From Phycisphaerae bacterium (lineage in GTDB: Bacteria; Planctomycetota; Phycisphaerae; UBA1845; Fen-1342): a DNA stretch of 64,000 nt. Every line of letters starts with the position of its first letter. Position 1 is the first letter of the stretch. The stretch covers positions 148,259-212,258 of the forward strand of contig JASFQK010000003.1 in assembly GCA_050115495.1 (NCBI GenBank), given 5' to 3'. Positions 11,046-20,445 of this stretch are shown here, piece by piece. The notes below the pieces were generated by a model. It saw nothing but the letters and a program-made list of their open reading frames with translations, did no database searches and had not been told where the DNA came from. Both the position numbers and the translations under genes were made by a program.

Positions 11046-12320
11046 ATGGCCGACACCGACGTAGAAAAGCTGGAGCCGACAGCCGAGTCATTCCAAGACC
11101 ATGCTACGTCTGTACTTAGAAGGATTCAGGGGGCGATAAGCCGGATCGTGGCGCTCCTGCACCCCGGCCCGGTTCGCCCGCGAGACGTCGCCCAACGCCT
11201 GAAGCTGGATAAGTCGCTGGCGTGGAAGGTGGCCCGCATCGCCCAGGCGCGTGACCCGCGCGACGTGATGGAGTACGTGCCTGGTTCCGGCGGGATCGAG
11301 ATCGTCCTCTCCGCCGCCGAGAGCGCTGGCGTTGGGCGCGAGGTCATTGACAGCGCCCGGCAAGCGTTCCAGGACTTCGAGCGGATGATCGGCCAGCAGG
11401 CAAGCGATCGGGCGACGCTGGAACTCATGATCCGGGGGATGGGGGGGCCGGGCGAGCCGGTCGTGGATGAGACGCAGCGAAAGCTGTTGTACCACGGCAG
11501 CCGCGCTGTGTGGGGAACGCACACGCGCGTTCATATCAAGGCGGACTTTCTCGCGCCGAGTCAGCGTGCCGGGTTCTTCGACCTGGCGGTGCTGAGCGGT
11601 TTTGTCGACTTCGAACGCCTCCGACCGGGTGTGTTGTGGGCGTTCGCCCGAAAGCGGGTCACCGATGACGAGGGTTGCGCTCACGGGTACATGAAGGTCG
11701 AATCACTCGACCCGGCGTTCCCGGTGGCAGGCGGCGTGCCACTGCTGGGCGATTTCTGCTCCGCGCCGGCGCGCGAGCTGCGGCCGTTTTTCGGGCCGGA
11801 CGGTTCGACGAATTACGCGATTCCGGAAGGGCCCATCGGGCTGTCGGGGACGGTGACGTGCATGACTGGCGTCATCAGCCGCGAACTGGCCTCCTATTAT
11901 CGCACTGCTGACAACACGTTTGGTGAGCACCTGCTGGAGCTACGCACGCCGGCCGAACTCATGCTGTTTGACCTTTTCGTGCACAAGGACCTGCCCCTGT
12001 GCCTGCCGCCGGCGTTTGCGGTCTACGGCGAGTTGTGGAGCTGGCCGTCGACGCCGGCCAGCAGGGCGGCGATGGGGGCCTTGCCGATCACCGCGGCTGT
12101 TGAGTACCTCGGTAGTGGGCCGCCAACGGTGGACATCGTAGAGGTGCCGCGTTACCGGGAGATGGTCGACCAAGTCTTCGCCCGAGCCGGATGGGAGGCG
12201 AGGGACTTCCGGGCCTATCGTGTGCGGATGACCTACCCGCCGATCCCTGCCATGGCCGTGTTGCACTTCGAATTGCCGGAGCCGCCGGCCCCGGCGAAGA
12301 CGAGCGGTCGGCGGACCTGA
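11046..12320 (+). CDS. Hypothetical protein with N-terminal HTH-like segment (possible regulator)
   Basis: 424-aa ORF, RPRDVAQRLKLDKSLAWKV; divergent from the secreted propeller gene. Confidence 0.7.
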   Translation: MADTDVEKLEPTAESFQDHATSVLRRIQGAISRIVALLHPGPVRPRDVAQRLKLDKSLAWKVARIAQARDPRDVMEYVPGSGGIEIVLSAAESAGVGREVIDSARQAFQDFERMIGQQASDRATLELMIRGMGGPGEPVVDETQRKLLYHGSRAVWGTHTRVHIKADFLAPSQRAGFFDLAVLSGFVDFERLRPGVLWAFARKRVTDDEGCAHGYMKVESLDPAFPVAGGVPLLGDFCSAPARELRPFFGPDGSTNYAIPEGPIGLSGTVTCMTGVISRELASYYRTADNTFGEHLLELRTPAELMLFDLFVHKDLPLCLPPAFAVYGELWSWPSTPASRAAMGALPITAAVEYLGSGPPTVDIVEVPRYREMVDQVFARAGWEARDFRAYRVRMTYPPIPAMAVLHFELPEPPAPAKTSGRRT

Positions 12321-12543
12321 TCCCCAGTCGCCAGCACCGAGGTGGCCTGAGCGGGAGCAAGGCGCGGGGGCAAACGCTCACCGAATGCGGAGAGCGCTTG
12401 TCGTCGAGTTGTGCTCGCCCAAGTGGGGACAGCACGTTGGCGCCGAATCGCCGCTTCAGCCACTTAACTCATTCCAGACTTCGCGGGGAATTGTAAATGC
12501 GGCCAGCCACGCGTAGCTTACAGTATCCTTGGAGGGCCAAACG

Positions 12544-12747
12544 ATGATGCGTGGTCCTGCGACGTTTGTCCTCTTGTTGATCGTCGGCGCGATGTTGCTC
12601 ATCGGCGGGATTCTGCTGCGCACCGGTTGCCGGTCGTCCGGCGGTCGTGACGGGGTACCCAAGTGCCGGCGGTGCGGTCACCGCAACGAGCCCGACGCCA
12701 GGTTCTGCGCCCGTTGTGGCGCCGAGCAGCAAGACAACAGCCGCTGA
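12544..12747 (+). CDS. Small membrane-anchored zinc-ribbon protein
   Basis: N-terminal TM plus CRRCGHRNEPDARFCARCG. Confidence 0.75.
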   Translation: MMRGPATFVLLLIVGAMLLIGGILLRTGCRSSGGRDGVPKCRRCGHRNEPDARFCARCGAEQQDNSR

Positions 12748-12826
12748 ACCCGACTGCGGGGGGCCACGTGTGCCCCGGTCGAGCCGCAGCGACATAACCA
12801 AGTCCGTTTGCGAAGGGAGAGTCACG

Positions 12827-14446
12827 ATGGCCGTTACTGCACCGCCTGTCGACGACGCGGGCCGGCCGCGTCGCCACCCATCCCCGTCACGGTTCCCGCT
12901 TAGCGGGCCACTGGTTGTGCTGCTGCTGATTCCGCTGGTGGCCGCCCTGTTCGGCGGCTACGTCTGGTTCGTGCAGCGCGTCGAGGTTCCCGCCGGCCAG
13001 GTGCTGGTGCTGGTGCACAAGACCGGCCGCGAGCTGCCGGCGACGAGCGTCGAAGGCGAGCCGCTGCCCGAGTCGGTCCGCCACCAGATGGTGCTTTATC
13101 CCGAGTTGCTGAAGGCACTCGGCGAGCCAGCGGACTCGACGGTCTATAAGGGCGTGATGTACGAGGTGCTGCCCGAAGGCCGGTATTTCCGCGACCCGTT
13201 CTTCTGGGCGCGGGAGCAGGTGCCGGCCGTGGTCATCGCTCAGGACGAGGTCGGCGTGCTGGTGCGACGGTACGGCAAGCCGCTGCCGCCGGGCAAGATC
13301 GTGGCGACCGAGCCGGACGAACGCGGCCCACTGGCCGACGTGCTGATGCCCGGCCGCTACAACATCAACCCGTACGCCTACGAAGTTCGGCGCGTGGCGC
13401 CGGTGACGGTGCCGCTCGGCTACGTCGGCGTGCAACGGCTCTATCACGGCAAGGATCCGGCCAACCCGAACGACTGGACGGTGCAGCCGGGTGAGCGCGG
13501 CGTGCAGCCGGACGTGCTGCCGCCCGGGCTGTATTACAACAACCCGTACGTGCGGCAGATCGACCCGATCGACGTGCGCAGCCACACGCTCGACCTGCAC
13601 GACAAGGACGCGATCCGCTTCCCGTCGTTCGACAGCTTCGACATCGTGGTCGATGCGACGGTCGAGTACGCGATTCGCCAGGACATGGCACCGTATGTGA
13701 TGGTGGCCATCGGCGGGCATTCGGACATCGAGGAAAAGCTGATCCTGCCGTACGCGCGATCGCTCTCCCGCATTGAGGGCTCGAAGCTGCTGGCCCGCGA
13801 GTTCATCTCCGGCGATTCGCGCGAGGCGTTCCAGGCCGCGTTCTACGAGGGTCTGCACCGCCAGTGTGCAGCGCAGGGCATCGAGATCCGGGCCACGCCG
13901 ATCCGGCGGATCGAACCGCCGGCGGCGATCGCCAACCCGATCAGCGACCGGCAATTGGCCGAGCAGCAGATTCACCAGTACGACAACGAGATCAAGGTCG
14001 CCGGCTCGCAGGCGCTGCTGGTCGAGCAGGAGGAAATGCAGAAGCAGAACCAGGCGATCGGCGAGGTCAACCGCGAGGTCGTGGCGTTGACGGTCGACGC
14101 CGAGCAGCGCAAGGCCGTCTCCCTGACTGAGGTCAACAAGCGGCTGGAGGTCGCCCGGCTGCACCTGGAGGCCGCTCGGGAGAACGCCGCCGCCCAACTG
14201 GCCCGCGGCGAGGCCGACGCCGAGGTCATCCTGCTCAAGTACACCGCCGAGGCCGAGCCGCTGCGCGACGCCATCGCGGCCTTCGGCAACGGCGACACGT
14301 ACGCACAGTACTTCTTCTACCAGAAGCTCGGACCGGCGGTGAAATCTGTGCTGGCCAGCACCGACGGGCCGTTCGCCGACATCTTCCGGGCGCTGTCGCA
14401 GGCCCCGGTTGAGCCGGCCGCGCCGGCGGAAGGAGGTCAGCCATGA
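12827..14446 (+). CDS. SPFH/band-7 domain protein
   Basis: N-terminal TM, repeated 'L.PG.Y..NPY' units, SPFH-like core, coiled coil. Confidence 0.85.
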   Translation: MAVTAPPVDDAGRPRRHPSPSRFPLSGPLVVLLLIPLVAALFGGYVWFVQRVEVPAGQVLVLVHKTGRELPATSVEGEPLPESVRHQMVLYPELLKALGEPADSTVYKGVMYEVLPEGRYFRDPFFWAREQVPAVVIAQDEVGVLVRRYGKPLPPGKIVATEPDERGPLADVLMPGRYNINPYAYEVRRVAPVTVPLGYVGVQRLYHGKDPANPNDWTVQPGERGVQPDVLPPGLYYNNPYVRQIDPIDVRSHTLDLHDKDAIRFPSFDSFDIVVDATVEYAIRQDMAPYVMVAIGGHSDIEEKLILPYARSLSRIEGSKLLAREFISGDSREAFQAAFYEGLHRQCAAQGIEIRATPIRRIEPPAAIANPISDRQLAEQQIHQYDNEIKVAGSQALLVEQEEMQKQNQAIGEVNREVVALTVDAEQRKAVSLTEVNKRLEVARLHLEAARENAAAQLARGEADAEVILLKYTAEAEPLRDAIAAFGNGDTYAQYFFYQKLGPAVKSVLASTDGPFADIFRALSQAPVEPAAPAEGGQP

Positions 14447-16107
14447 AGCTCACCCGCGTCATAACGATCGTGGTCGGCGCCGGCCTCATTCTGGTCGCCG
14501 TCGGCATGGGGTTCGTGTGGGGCGTCTGCCGGGTGTACGTGGGCCCGGACGAGTGCCTGGTGCTGATCCGCAAGAACGGGGCGCCGCTGCCCGCCGGGCA
14601 GTTGATCGCCGAGCCGGGGCAACGCGGCATTCAGCGCGAGGCCCTCGGTCCCGGCCGCTATTTCCTCAACCCGTGGAAATGGGACACCGAGGTCGTTCCG
14701 GCGATCGAGATTTCCGCGGGCGATCCGGCGACGTGGCGCGAGGTATGGGCCGCCGGGGAGGCCGACTACGGCGTACCGCGGATGGACGGCAAGTGGCCCG
14801 AGGTGGGACTGGTCACCAGCCTAGCGGGCCAGCCGTGGACGAAGGAGAGCGAGGTCGTCGACGAGGGTTTCCAGGGCATTCAGCGCAAGGTGCTCACGCC
14901 CGGCACGTATCGGCTGAACCCGCGGGCGTACAAGGTGGACCGTGTCCCGGCGACGCTCGTGCCGCTCGGTTGCATCGGCGTGGTTACCTCGCGGCTCGGC
15001 GACATGCCGGGGACGGAGACAATCAGCGAGGTCAGCATCGGTCCCGACGGCGAGCCGCAGGAGCGTCCGCGCGTCGTGCAGAAGCTGGCCGAAGAGGGAC
15101 AGCGCGGCGTGCTGCGTAACGTCCTCCAGCCCGGCATCTACTACCTCAATCCGAAGGTGTACAAGGTCGATATCGTGCAGATCGGCTTCAACCAGCTCTC
15201 GCAGTTCCGCAGCGAAGACCTCGGTACAAACATCTCCTTCCCGTCGGAGGACGGCTTCACCATCGGCGTCGAGGTTACGGTCGTCTGGGGGCGGCATCCG
15301 GCGCATACGCCGGAGATGATCAGCCGCATGGGCGACGTCGCCAAGATCCGCCAGATCATCCTCGGCCAGATCCGCAGCATCTGCCGCAACATCGGCTCGA
15401 AGTACAAGAGCACCGATTTCATTCAGGGTGAGAAGCGCGAGCAGTATCAGCAAAGCGTCACGCAGACGCTGCAACGCGTCTGCCGCGAGCGCGACATCGA
15501 AGTGCTTATCGCCCTGATCCAGAACATCGAGGTCTCCGGCGGAACGGCGCCGGGTGGTGCCGGGCTGGACCTGAAGCAGACCATCCAGCGTGGCTACATC
15601 GCCGCCGAGGAGGACCTGACCAAGCAGGCCCAGCGGGAGACGGCGAAGGTGCGAGCCGACCTGGAGACGGCGCAGGTGGACATCGAGGTGGCCCGCGAGC
15701 GGATCACCGCCGATACGCGCAAGAAGGTCGCCGAACTGAAGGCCGAGGGTCAGAAGAAGGCCGAGGAGATCGACGCGCAGCGTGACCTCGAAGTGGCCCA
15801 GATCGAGCGGCAGATCGCCGAGCTGGAGGCGGAGACGACGCGTGTGCTCGGCAAGGCCGAGGCCGACGTGGAGCGTCTGGCGCACCAGGCGGACGCCGAT
15901 GGTCAGCGCATGATGATCGGGGCCTTCGGCAGTGGCCGGGCGTTCAACCTGTACACGTTCGCCCAGAACTTTGCGCCGGAGAGTATCCGCCTGATCTTCG
16001 CCGGCGAGGGCACGTTCTGGACGGACCTGAACCGGCTCCAGGACGCGGCCGGGTTGGAGCTGCTGCGCAACAGCGCCGCGCCGCCGGCACCTGCGCCGGC
16101 GCCATAG
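14443..16107 (+). CDS. SPFH/band-7 domain protein (paralog)
   Basis: Same architecture (LGPGRYFLNP, LTPGTYRLNP, LQPGIYYLNP); ATGA overlap with the upstream gene. Confidence 0.85.
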   Translation: MKLTRVITIVVGAGLILVAVGMGFVWGVCRVYVGPDECLVLIRKNGAPLPAGQLIAEPGQRGIQREALGPGRYFLNPWKWDTEVVPAIEISAGDPATWREVWAAGEADYGVPRMDGKWPEVGLVTSLAGQPWTKESEVVDEGFQGIQRKVLTPGTYRLNPRAYKVDRVPATLVPLGCIGVVTSRLGDMPGTETISEVSIGPDGEPQERPRVVQKLAEEGQRGVLRNVLQPGIYYLNPKVYKVDIVQIGFNQLSQFRSEDLGTNISFPSEDGFTIGVEVTVVWGRHPAHTPEMISRMGDVAKIRQIILGQIRSICRNIGSKYKSTDFIQGEKREQYQQSVTQTLQRVCRERDIEVLIALIQNIEVSGGTAPGGAGLDLKQTIQRGYIAAEEDLTKQAQRETAKVRADLETAQVDIEVARERITADTRKKVAELKAEGQKKAEEIDAQRDLEVAQIERQIAELEAETTRVLGKAEADVERLAHQADADGQRMMIGAFGSGRAFNLYTFAQNFAPESIRLIFAGEGTFWTDLNRLQDAAGLELLRNSAAPPAPAPAP

Positions 16108-16281
16108 GCAACCGGCAACGTGGCCGTTGCCGCCCGGGGCCAGAGGGGGGGGCGGTGCGGGCCAGAGAGAAGATGGAGACGTTCTGCGTAGCGGCGGCCG
16201 AGAGGGCAGAACGTCTCCCTCTTCCGCCTTCCTGAAAGTGTTGCTCGGTTGCTGAGGGCGTTGTGCGAAGGAGGCCTCGGC

Positions 16282-16677
16282 GTGCGGAAGACGAAAGCAA
16301 GACGCGTGCTCGCTATCGTGTTCGCGGTTGTTGCTGTCGGAGTGGTTGCGGTTATTGCCAAGTGGGACGCCATGATGGTGGAGTACCATGCGTGGCGGTT
16401 GCGCCAATCCAACGACTGCTGCATGGTGCACTATGGAGAACTGCGGCGCCTAGCTCAACCGAGTGCGAATGTAGAGGTCAACTGCGCGGGTGCGGTGCCA
16501 GAAAGCGTAGTTGCGGATCGTGATCGACAGTCGGAAGAAACGAGGACTGTGGGCGCGTATGCATGCATCGAATTCCTGTATGACGACCCTCACGAGGGTT
16601 GGGTGCGCTACATCGCGGTGGCACGCAGGAATGCCGCGGGCGTGTATACTGTGTTCTGGTATGCGACGAAGTACTGA
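16282..16677 (+). CDS. Hypothetical membrane-anchored protein
   Basis: AAGGAGG RBS, GTG start, N-terminal TM. Confidence 0.55.
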   Translation: MRKTKARRVLAIVFAVVAVGVVAVIAKWDAMMVEYHAWRLRQSNDCCMVHYGELRRLAQPSANVEVNCAGAVPESVVADRDRQSEETRTVGAYACIEFLYDDPHEGWVRYIAVARRNAAGVYTVFWYATKY

Positions 16678-16822
16678 CGATAGGGCACATGAACTTCGAC
16701 ATCAGCTCCTTCCTCGCGCTGCTGGAGGCCGAGTATGACATCCTCGGCCGGCGGATCGAGGCACACGATTGGACCGCCGACGGCGCCGGCACTTGCGCCG
16801 GCGCCGTGGGCGGTTGGCGGGG

Positions 16823-17377
16823 TTACTGCACGATGTAGAAGCCGCGGGCGGTGAGGATGAGCGTGCCGTCCTGGTCGACGCTCGCGACCGTGGCGGCGAC
16901 GACGACTTCCGCGCCCGGCACCAGTCCGTGCTCGCCGTTCAGGTCGAGTCGCAGCGGGCGGCCGTCCTTGTCATTGACCTGGACCGTCGCCGTGCTGGCC
17001 AGGACGTCCTCACGCGGTTCGCAGCAGTAGTCCCACGGCGTGGGGCAGCCGTTGCCGTGCTTCTCCTGACAGGTCGGCAGGGCGCGGTCCACGAGCAGGA
17101 ACATGGCGCTGCCCTGGACGAACGGGTCCTTCCGGCCGCCGATGCGACCGCGCACCGTCAACTCCTGACCGGCCTTCGCCTGGGCCTTGGCCGCACGGAC
17201 GCCGACGGCATCGGCGGGCTCGGCGGCGAGGAAGAGATCGGCTGGCAGGGCGGCGGCCGCGGTAGTGTCTTTCGACGCCGACTCGCCGGCAGCGGGGGGC
17301 TTTGCGTCACAGCCGCCGAGGGCGACGACGGCCAACAGGGGGAGGGAGAAACCGAACAGCTTTCGCAACGTTTGCAT
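16823..17377 (-). CDS. Putative lipoprotein with CPTPWDYCC motif
   Basis: Lipobox LGGC; VRGRIGG; CQEKHGNGCPTPWDYCCE; start ATG 17377 after AAAGGAG. Confidence 0.8.
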   Translation of the reverse strand: MQTLRKLFGFSLPLLAVVALGGCDAKPPAAGESASKDTTAAAALPADLFLAAEPADAVGVRAAKAQAKAGQELTVRGRIGGRKDPFVQGSAMFLLVDRALPTCQEKHGNGCPTPWDYCCEPREDVLASTATVQVNDKDGRPLRLDLNGEHGLVPGAEVVVAATVASVDQDGTLILTARGFYIVQ

Positions 17378-17397
17378 AATCACGAGTACTCCTTTCG

Positions 17398-18567
17398 TTA
17401 AGCGGTTCGCAGAGCTTCGACGATGGGCAGGCGCAGGCAGCGCCACAGCGGCGGGAGGATGCCCAGCATGGCCATGGCCACGCCGGCGATCAGCCCACCC
17501 AACAACACAACGGCATCGATGTTGAGGGCGAAGGCCCCCATCGAGAAACGGACGGCGATCCCGTCCAGCAACACCAGGCAGACCGCACAGGCCACGAGTC
17601 CGCCGGCGGCGGTGGCCAGCAGCGATTCCTGGAGAAAGCTGACGACGATCGACGCCCGCGAGAAACCGAGCGTTTGCAGCGTTCCCAACTCGCGGACACG
17701 CGAGGCGAACGCCGCGTACATGGTGTTCAGTCCGCCGAACAGCCCGCCCAGGGCGACGAGCAGCACCGTGCCCCAGACCATCGCCCGTACCGGCTGGTAG
17801 AAGCGGGCGAGGCTGGCGTAGTAGTCCGACTCGCGGACGGCGGCGAGCTCGAGGTCCAGTCGCCGGGCGGTGAAGATCGCCACGTCCTCGTACGTCGCGC
17901 CGCCCAGCGTGAGGACGACGCAGGAGATGCTGTTCTCCCGGCGGGTGGCGATTTGCAGGTCGACCAGCGGGCACCAGATCTCCGCGTCCATGACGGTCTG
18001 CGGCGCCTCGAAGCGGCCGACAATCGTCCAGTCGCGGTTGTCGAACCAGAGCGTGTGCCCGACGGCCAGCGTCTCCGGCGACACGCCCAATCGCGTCGCC
18101 GCCAGCCGCCCGACGAGCAGCTCGTTGTAGCCTGGACGCGGGGCCCGGCCCTCGACGATGCGCACCTGCGGGTGGACGAGGAATGCGGTCGGCGTCACGC
18201 CGCGCAGCACCGCCGGCAGCTCTTGCGCTGCGTCGCGGTCGGCCTTGAGCACGAGGGCCATGTGGACTTCGGGGGATACGTATTGCACGCCGAGCCGCTC
18301 GCGGATACCGGGTACGCTGGCGGCGACGAGGCCGGCGACCTGCGGGCCGATCTGGCTGCGCTCGACGCTCTCTTCGCTGCCGGCACCGAGCAGCATGACG
18401 TTGTCGGGGTTGCCGCTGACGGCCAGGCTGCGCTGCATGCCGCGGACGAACCCGCCGGCGGCGAGCACGAGGGCGACGACGAGGGCACTGCCGACGACGG
18501 CGGCGATGAGCCGCGACCGCGAACGGCCGAGATTGCGGACAGCGTAGTCAAACGGTAGTAGTCGCAT
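17398..18567 (-). CDS. ABC transporter permease (MacB/FtsX family)
   Basis: N-terminal TM, periplasmic domain, RVRELGTLQTLGF, three C-terminal TMs. Confidence 0.9.
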   Translation of the reverse strand: MRLLPFDYAVRNLGRSRSRLIAAVVGSALVVALVLAAGGFVRGMQRSLAVSGNPDNVMLLGAGSEESVERSQIGPQVAGLVAASVPGIRERLGVQYVSPEVHMALVLKADRDAAQELPAVLRGVTPTAFLVHPQVRIVEGRAPRPGYNELLVGRLAATRLGVSPETLAVGHTLWFDNRDWTIVGRFEAPQTVMDAEIWCPLVDLQIATRRENSISCVVLTLGGATYEDVAIFTARRLDLELAAVRESDYYASLARFYQPVRAMVWGTVLLVALGGLFGGLNTMYAAFASRVRELGTLQTLGFSRASIVVSFLQESLLATAAGGLVACAVCLVLLDGIAVRFSMGAFALNIDAVVLLGGLIAGVAMAMLGILPPLWRCLRLPIVEALRTA

Positions 18568-18588
18568 GCGCTTCTCCTCAATCTCGCC

Positions 18589-19743
18589 TTAGACGGCGCG
18601 GAAACAGGTCACGATCTCACGCCGGGAGGCCTGCCACGCCGGCACGAGACCGGCCACGACGCCCAGCAGTCCCGCCAGGGCGAGGCCGTGGACGAACAGC
18701 CCCGGCGTCGAGGCAAACGGGATGCTCAGGCCGTCGACCGAGAGGGCCATCCCGCCGCGGGAGAGCACCCACAGGGCCAGTCCGCTGCCGATGGCACCGC
18801 CCACGAGGCTGATGGCCAGGCCCTCGGTGATGATGAGCCGGGCGATCAGGCCGCCGCGATAGCCGAGCGTTTGCAGGATGGCGTGATCGCGGATGCGTTC
18901 CTGCACGGCGAGCACGATGGCGTTGCCGATGAGGGCCAGCACCGCCGCCAGACAGCCCCAGCCGAGCCAGCGCATGAAGCCGACGATCTCGACGACGTCC
19001 GACGCCGCCCGGGCGACGAACGCCTTCTCGGGGCTGGTATGCGTCGGTTCCTGGTCGGCGGCGAAGAGCTCGTCGATGGCCCGGGACACCGGTTCGAGTT
19101 GGGCGGGCTCGGTCACCTTGACGTTGAACTGCGTGACGATGCCGCCGGAACGGCTGCCCGAGGCGAACTGGAGGAAATCCAGGTGGACGTAGGCGACGTT
19201 CTGGTCCTGCGTTTCGTCGGAGTGGATGACGCCGGCGACGTAGACGGTGATGCCCGCCGCCTCGAAGCGGTCGCCGGCCTTGAGCCCGCGTCGCTGGGCG
19301 AGCGTTTCGCCGAGCAGGGCGGCGTCGCTGCGCCGTTCCCATTCGTGCAGTGTGTCGGCGGGGACGTTGAGCCGGGGGGCGATGCCCTGAAGGAAATCGT
19401 CCTTCGGCACGCCGCGGAAGGTGACGACGTCGAGGCTCGTCCGGCAGTTGCTGACGACGATCTTGATGGGGACGACGCTTTCGACGCCGGGCAGCCGGGC
19501 GATCTGGCTGAGATACGATTCGGGCAGCCGGCTGGCGAAGGGGCAGAAGCGGTCCTTGCGGTAGACGACGAGCGTGGTGTCCGTCGCGTTCGTGACGGTG
19601 GCCGCCGTGACGCCGTCCTGCATGGCCTGCACGACGGCGAAGAGGAACATGGCAGTGGCCACGCCGCTGAGCGTGAGGAGACTGCGCACGCGGTGCCGGA
19701 AGACCTGCTTGAGCACCAGCGGTAGGAACTTGGGGCCAACCAT
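18589..19743 (-). CDS. ABC transporter permease (MacB/FtsX family)
   Basis: RSLLTLSG, QERIRDHAILQTLGY, GLVPAWQASR. Confidence 0.9.
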   Translation of the reverse strand: MVGPKFLPLVLKQVFRHRVRSLLTLSGVATAMFLFAVVQAMQDGVTAATVTNATDTTLVVYRKDRFCPFASRLPESYLSQIARLPGVESVVPIKIVVSNCRTSLDVVTFRGVPKDDFLQGIAPRLNVPADTLHEWERRSDAALLGETLAQRRGLKAGDRFEAAGITVYVAGVIHSDETQDQNVAYVHLDFLQFASGSRSGGIVTQFNVKVTEPAQLEPVSRAIDELFAADQEPTHTSPEKAFVARAASDVVEIVGFMRWLGWGCLAAVLALIGNAIVLAVQERIRDHAILQTLGYRGGLIARLIITEGLAISLVGGAIGSGLALWVLSRGGMALSVDGLSIPFASTPGLFVHGLALAGLLGVVAGLVPAWQASRREIVTCFRAV

Positions 19744-19746
19744 GAT

Positions 19747-20445
19747 TCACGCTCCTGCGACGGCCATTGCCGCCGCGTCGACCAGGGCACCTTTCTCCAG
19801 GTGCAGGATGCGTGCGGCCCGTTCCGCGCAGTGGGCATCGTGCGTCACCATGATCAGCGTCTTGCCCAGCTCTTCATTGAGCCGGGCGAGGAGAGCGAGG
19901 ATCGACTCGGCGGCGGTGGCGTCGAGATCGCCTGTGGGCTCATCAGCGACGATGATCCGCGGGTCGGTGACGATGGCCCGGGCGATGGCGACGCGCTGCT
20001 CCTGTCCGCCGCTGAGCTGCCGCGGGAAGTGATCGTGGCGGTCCGCGAGGCCGACGAGGTCGAGGGCCAGGGCGACCTTGCGGTGGCGCTGCTTCCGCGA
20101 GAGGCGGTGCAGCAGCAGCGGCAGCTCGATGTTCTCGTAGGCCGTTAGCGTCGGCACGAGGTTGTAGAGCTGGAAGATGTAGCCGATGTACTCGGCCCGC
20201 CAGGCGGCGAGCGCCCGCCGGGAGAGCGTGCTGACTTCACCGCCGTCGATGCGCAGGCTGCCTGAGGTGGGGCGGTCGATGCCGGCGATCAGGTTGAGCA
20301 GCGTGGATTTGCCGCTGCCCGAGGGTCCCATGAGGGCCAGGAACTCGCCTTCGACCACGTCGAGGTCGAGGTTGGCCAGGGGCGTGACCTCGACGTCACC
20401 CTTGTGGTACGTGCGGGTCAGTTTGCGGCATTCAATCAGTGCCAT
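19747..20445 (-). CDS. ABC transporter ATP-binding protein (LolD/MacB-like)
   Basis: GPSGSGKS, LSGGQEQRVAIARA, ADEPTGDLD. Confidence 0.95.
   Translation of the reverse strand: MALIECRKLTRTYHKGDVEVTPLANLDLDVVEGEFLALMGPSGSGKSTLLNLIAGIDRPTSGSLRIDGGEVSTLSRRALAAWRAEYIGYIFQLYNLVPTLTAYENIELPLLLHRLSRKQRHRKVALALDLVGLADRHDHFPRQLSGGQEQRVAIARAIVTDPRIIVADEPTGDLDATAAESILALLARLNEELGKTLIMVTHDAHCAERAARILHLEKGALVDAAAMAVAGA

Noticed and set aside
16689..16838. 49-aa ORF MNFDISSFLALLEAEYDIL...
   Set aside because: Short, overlaps a convergent gene end and has no recognisable family.
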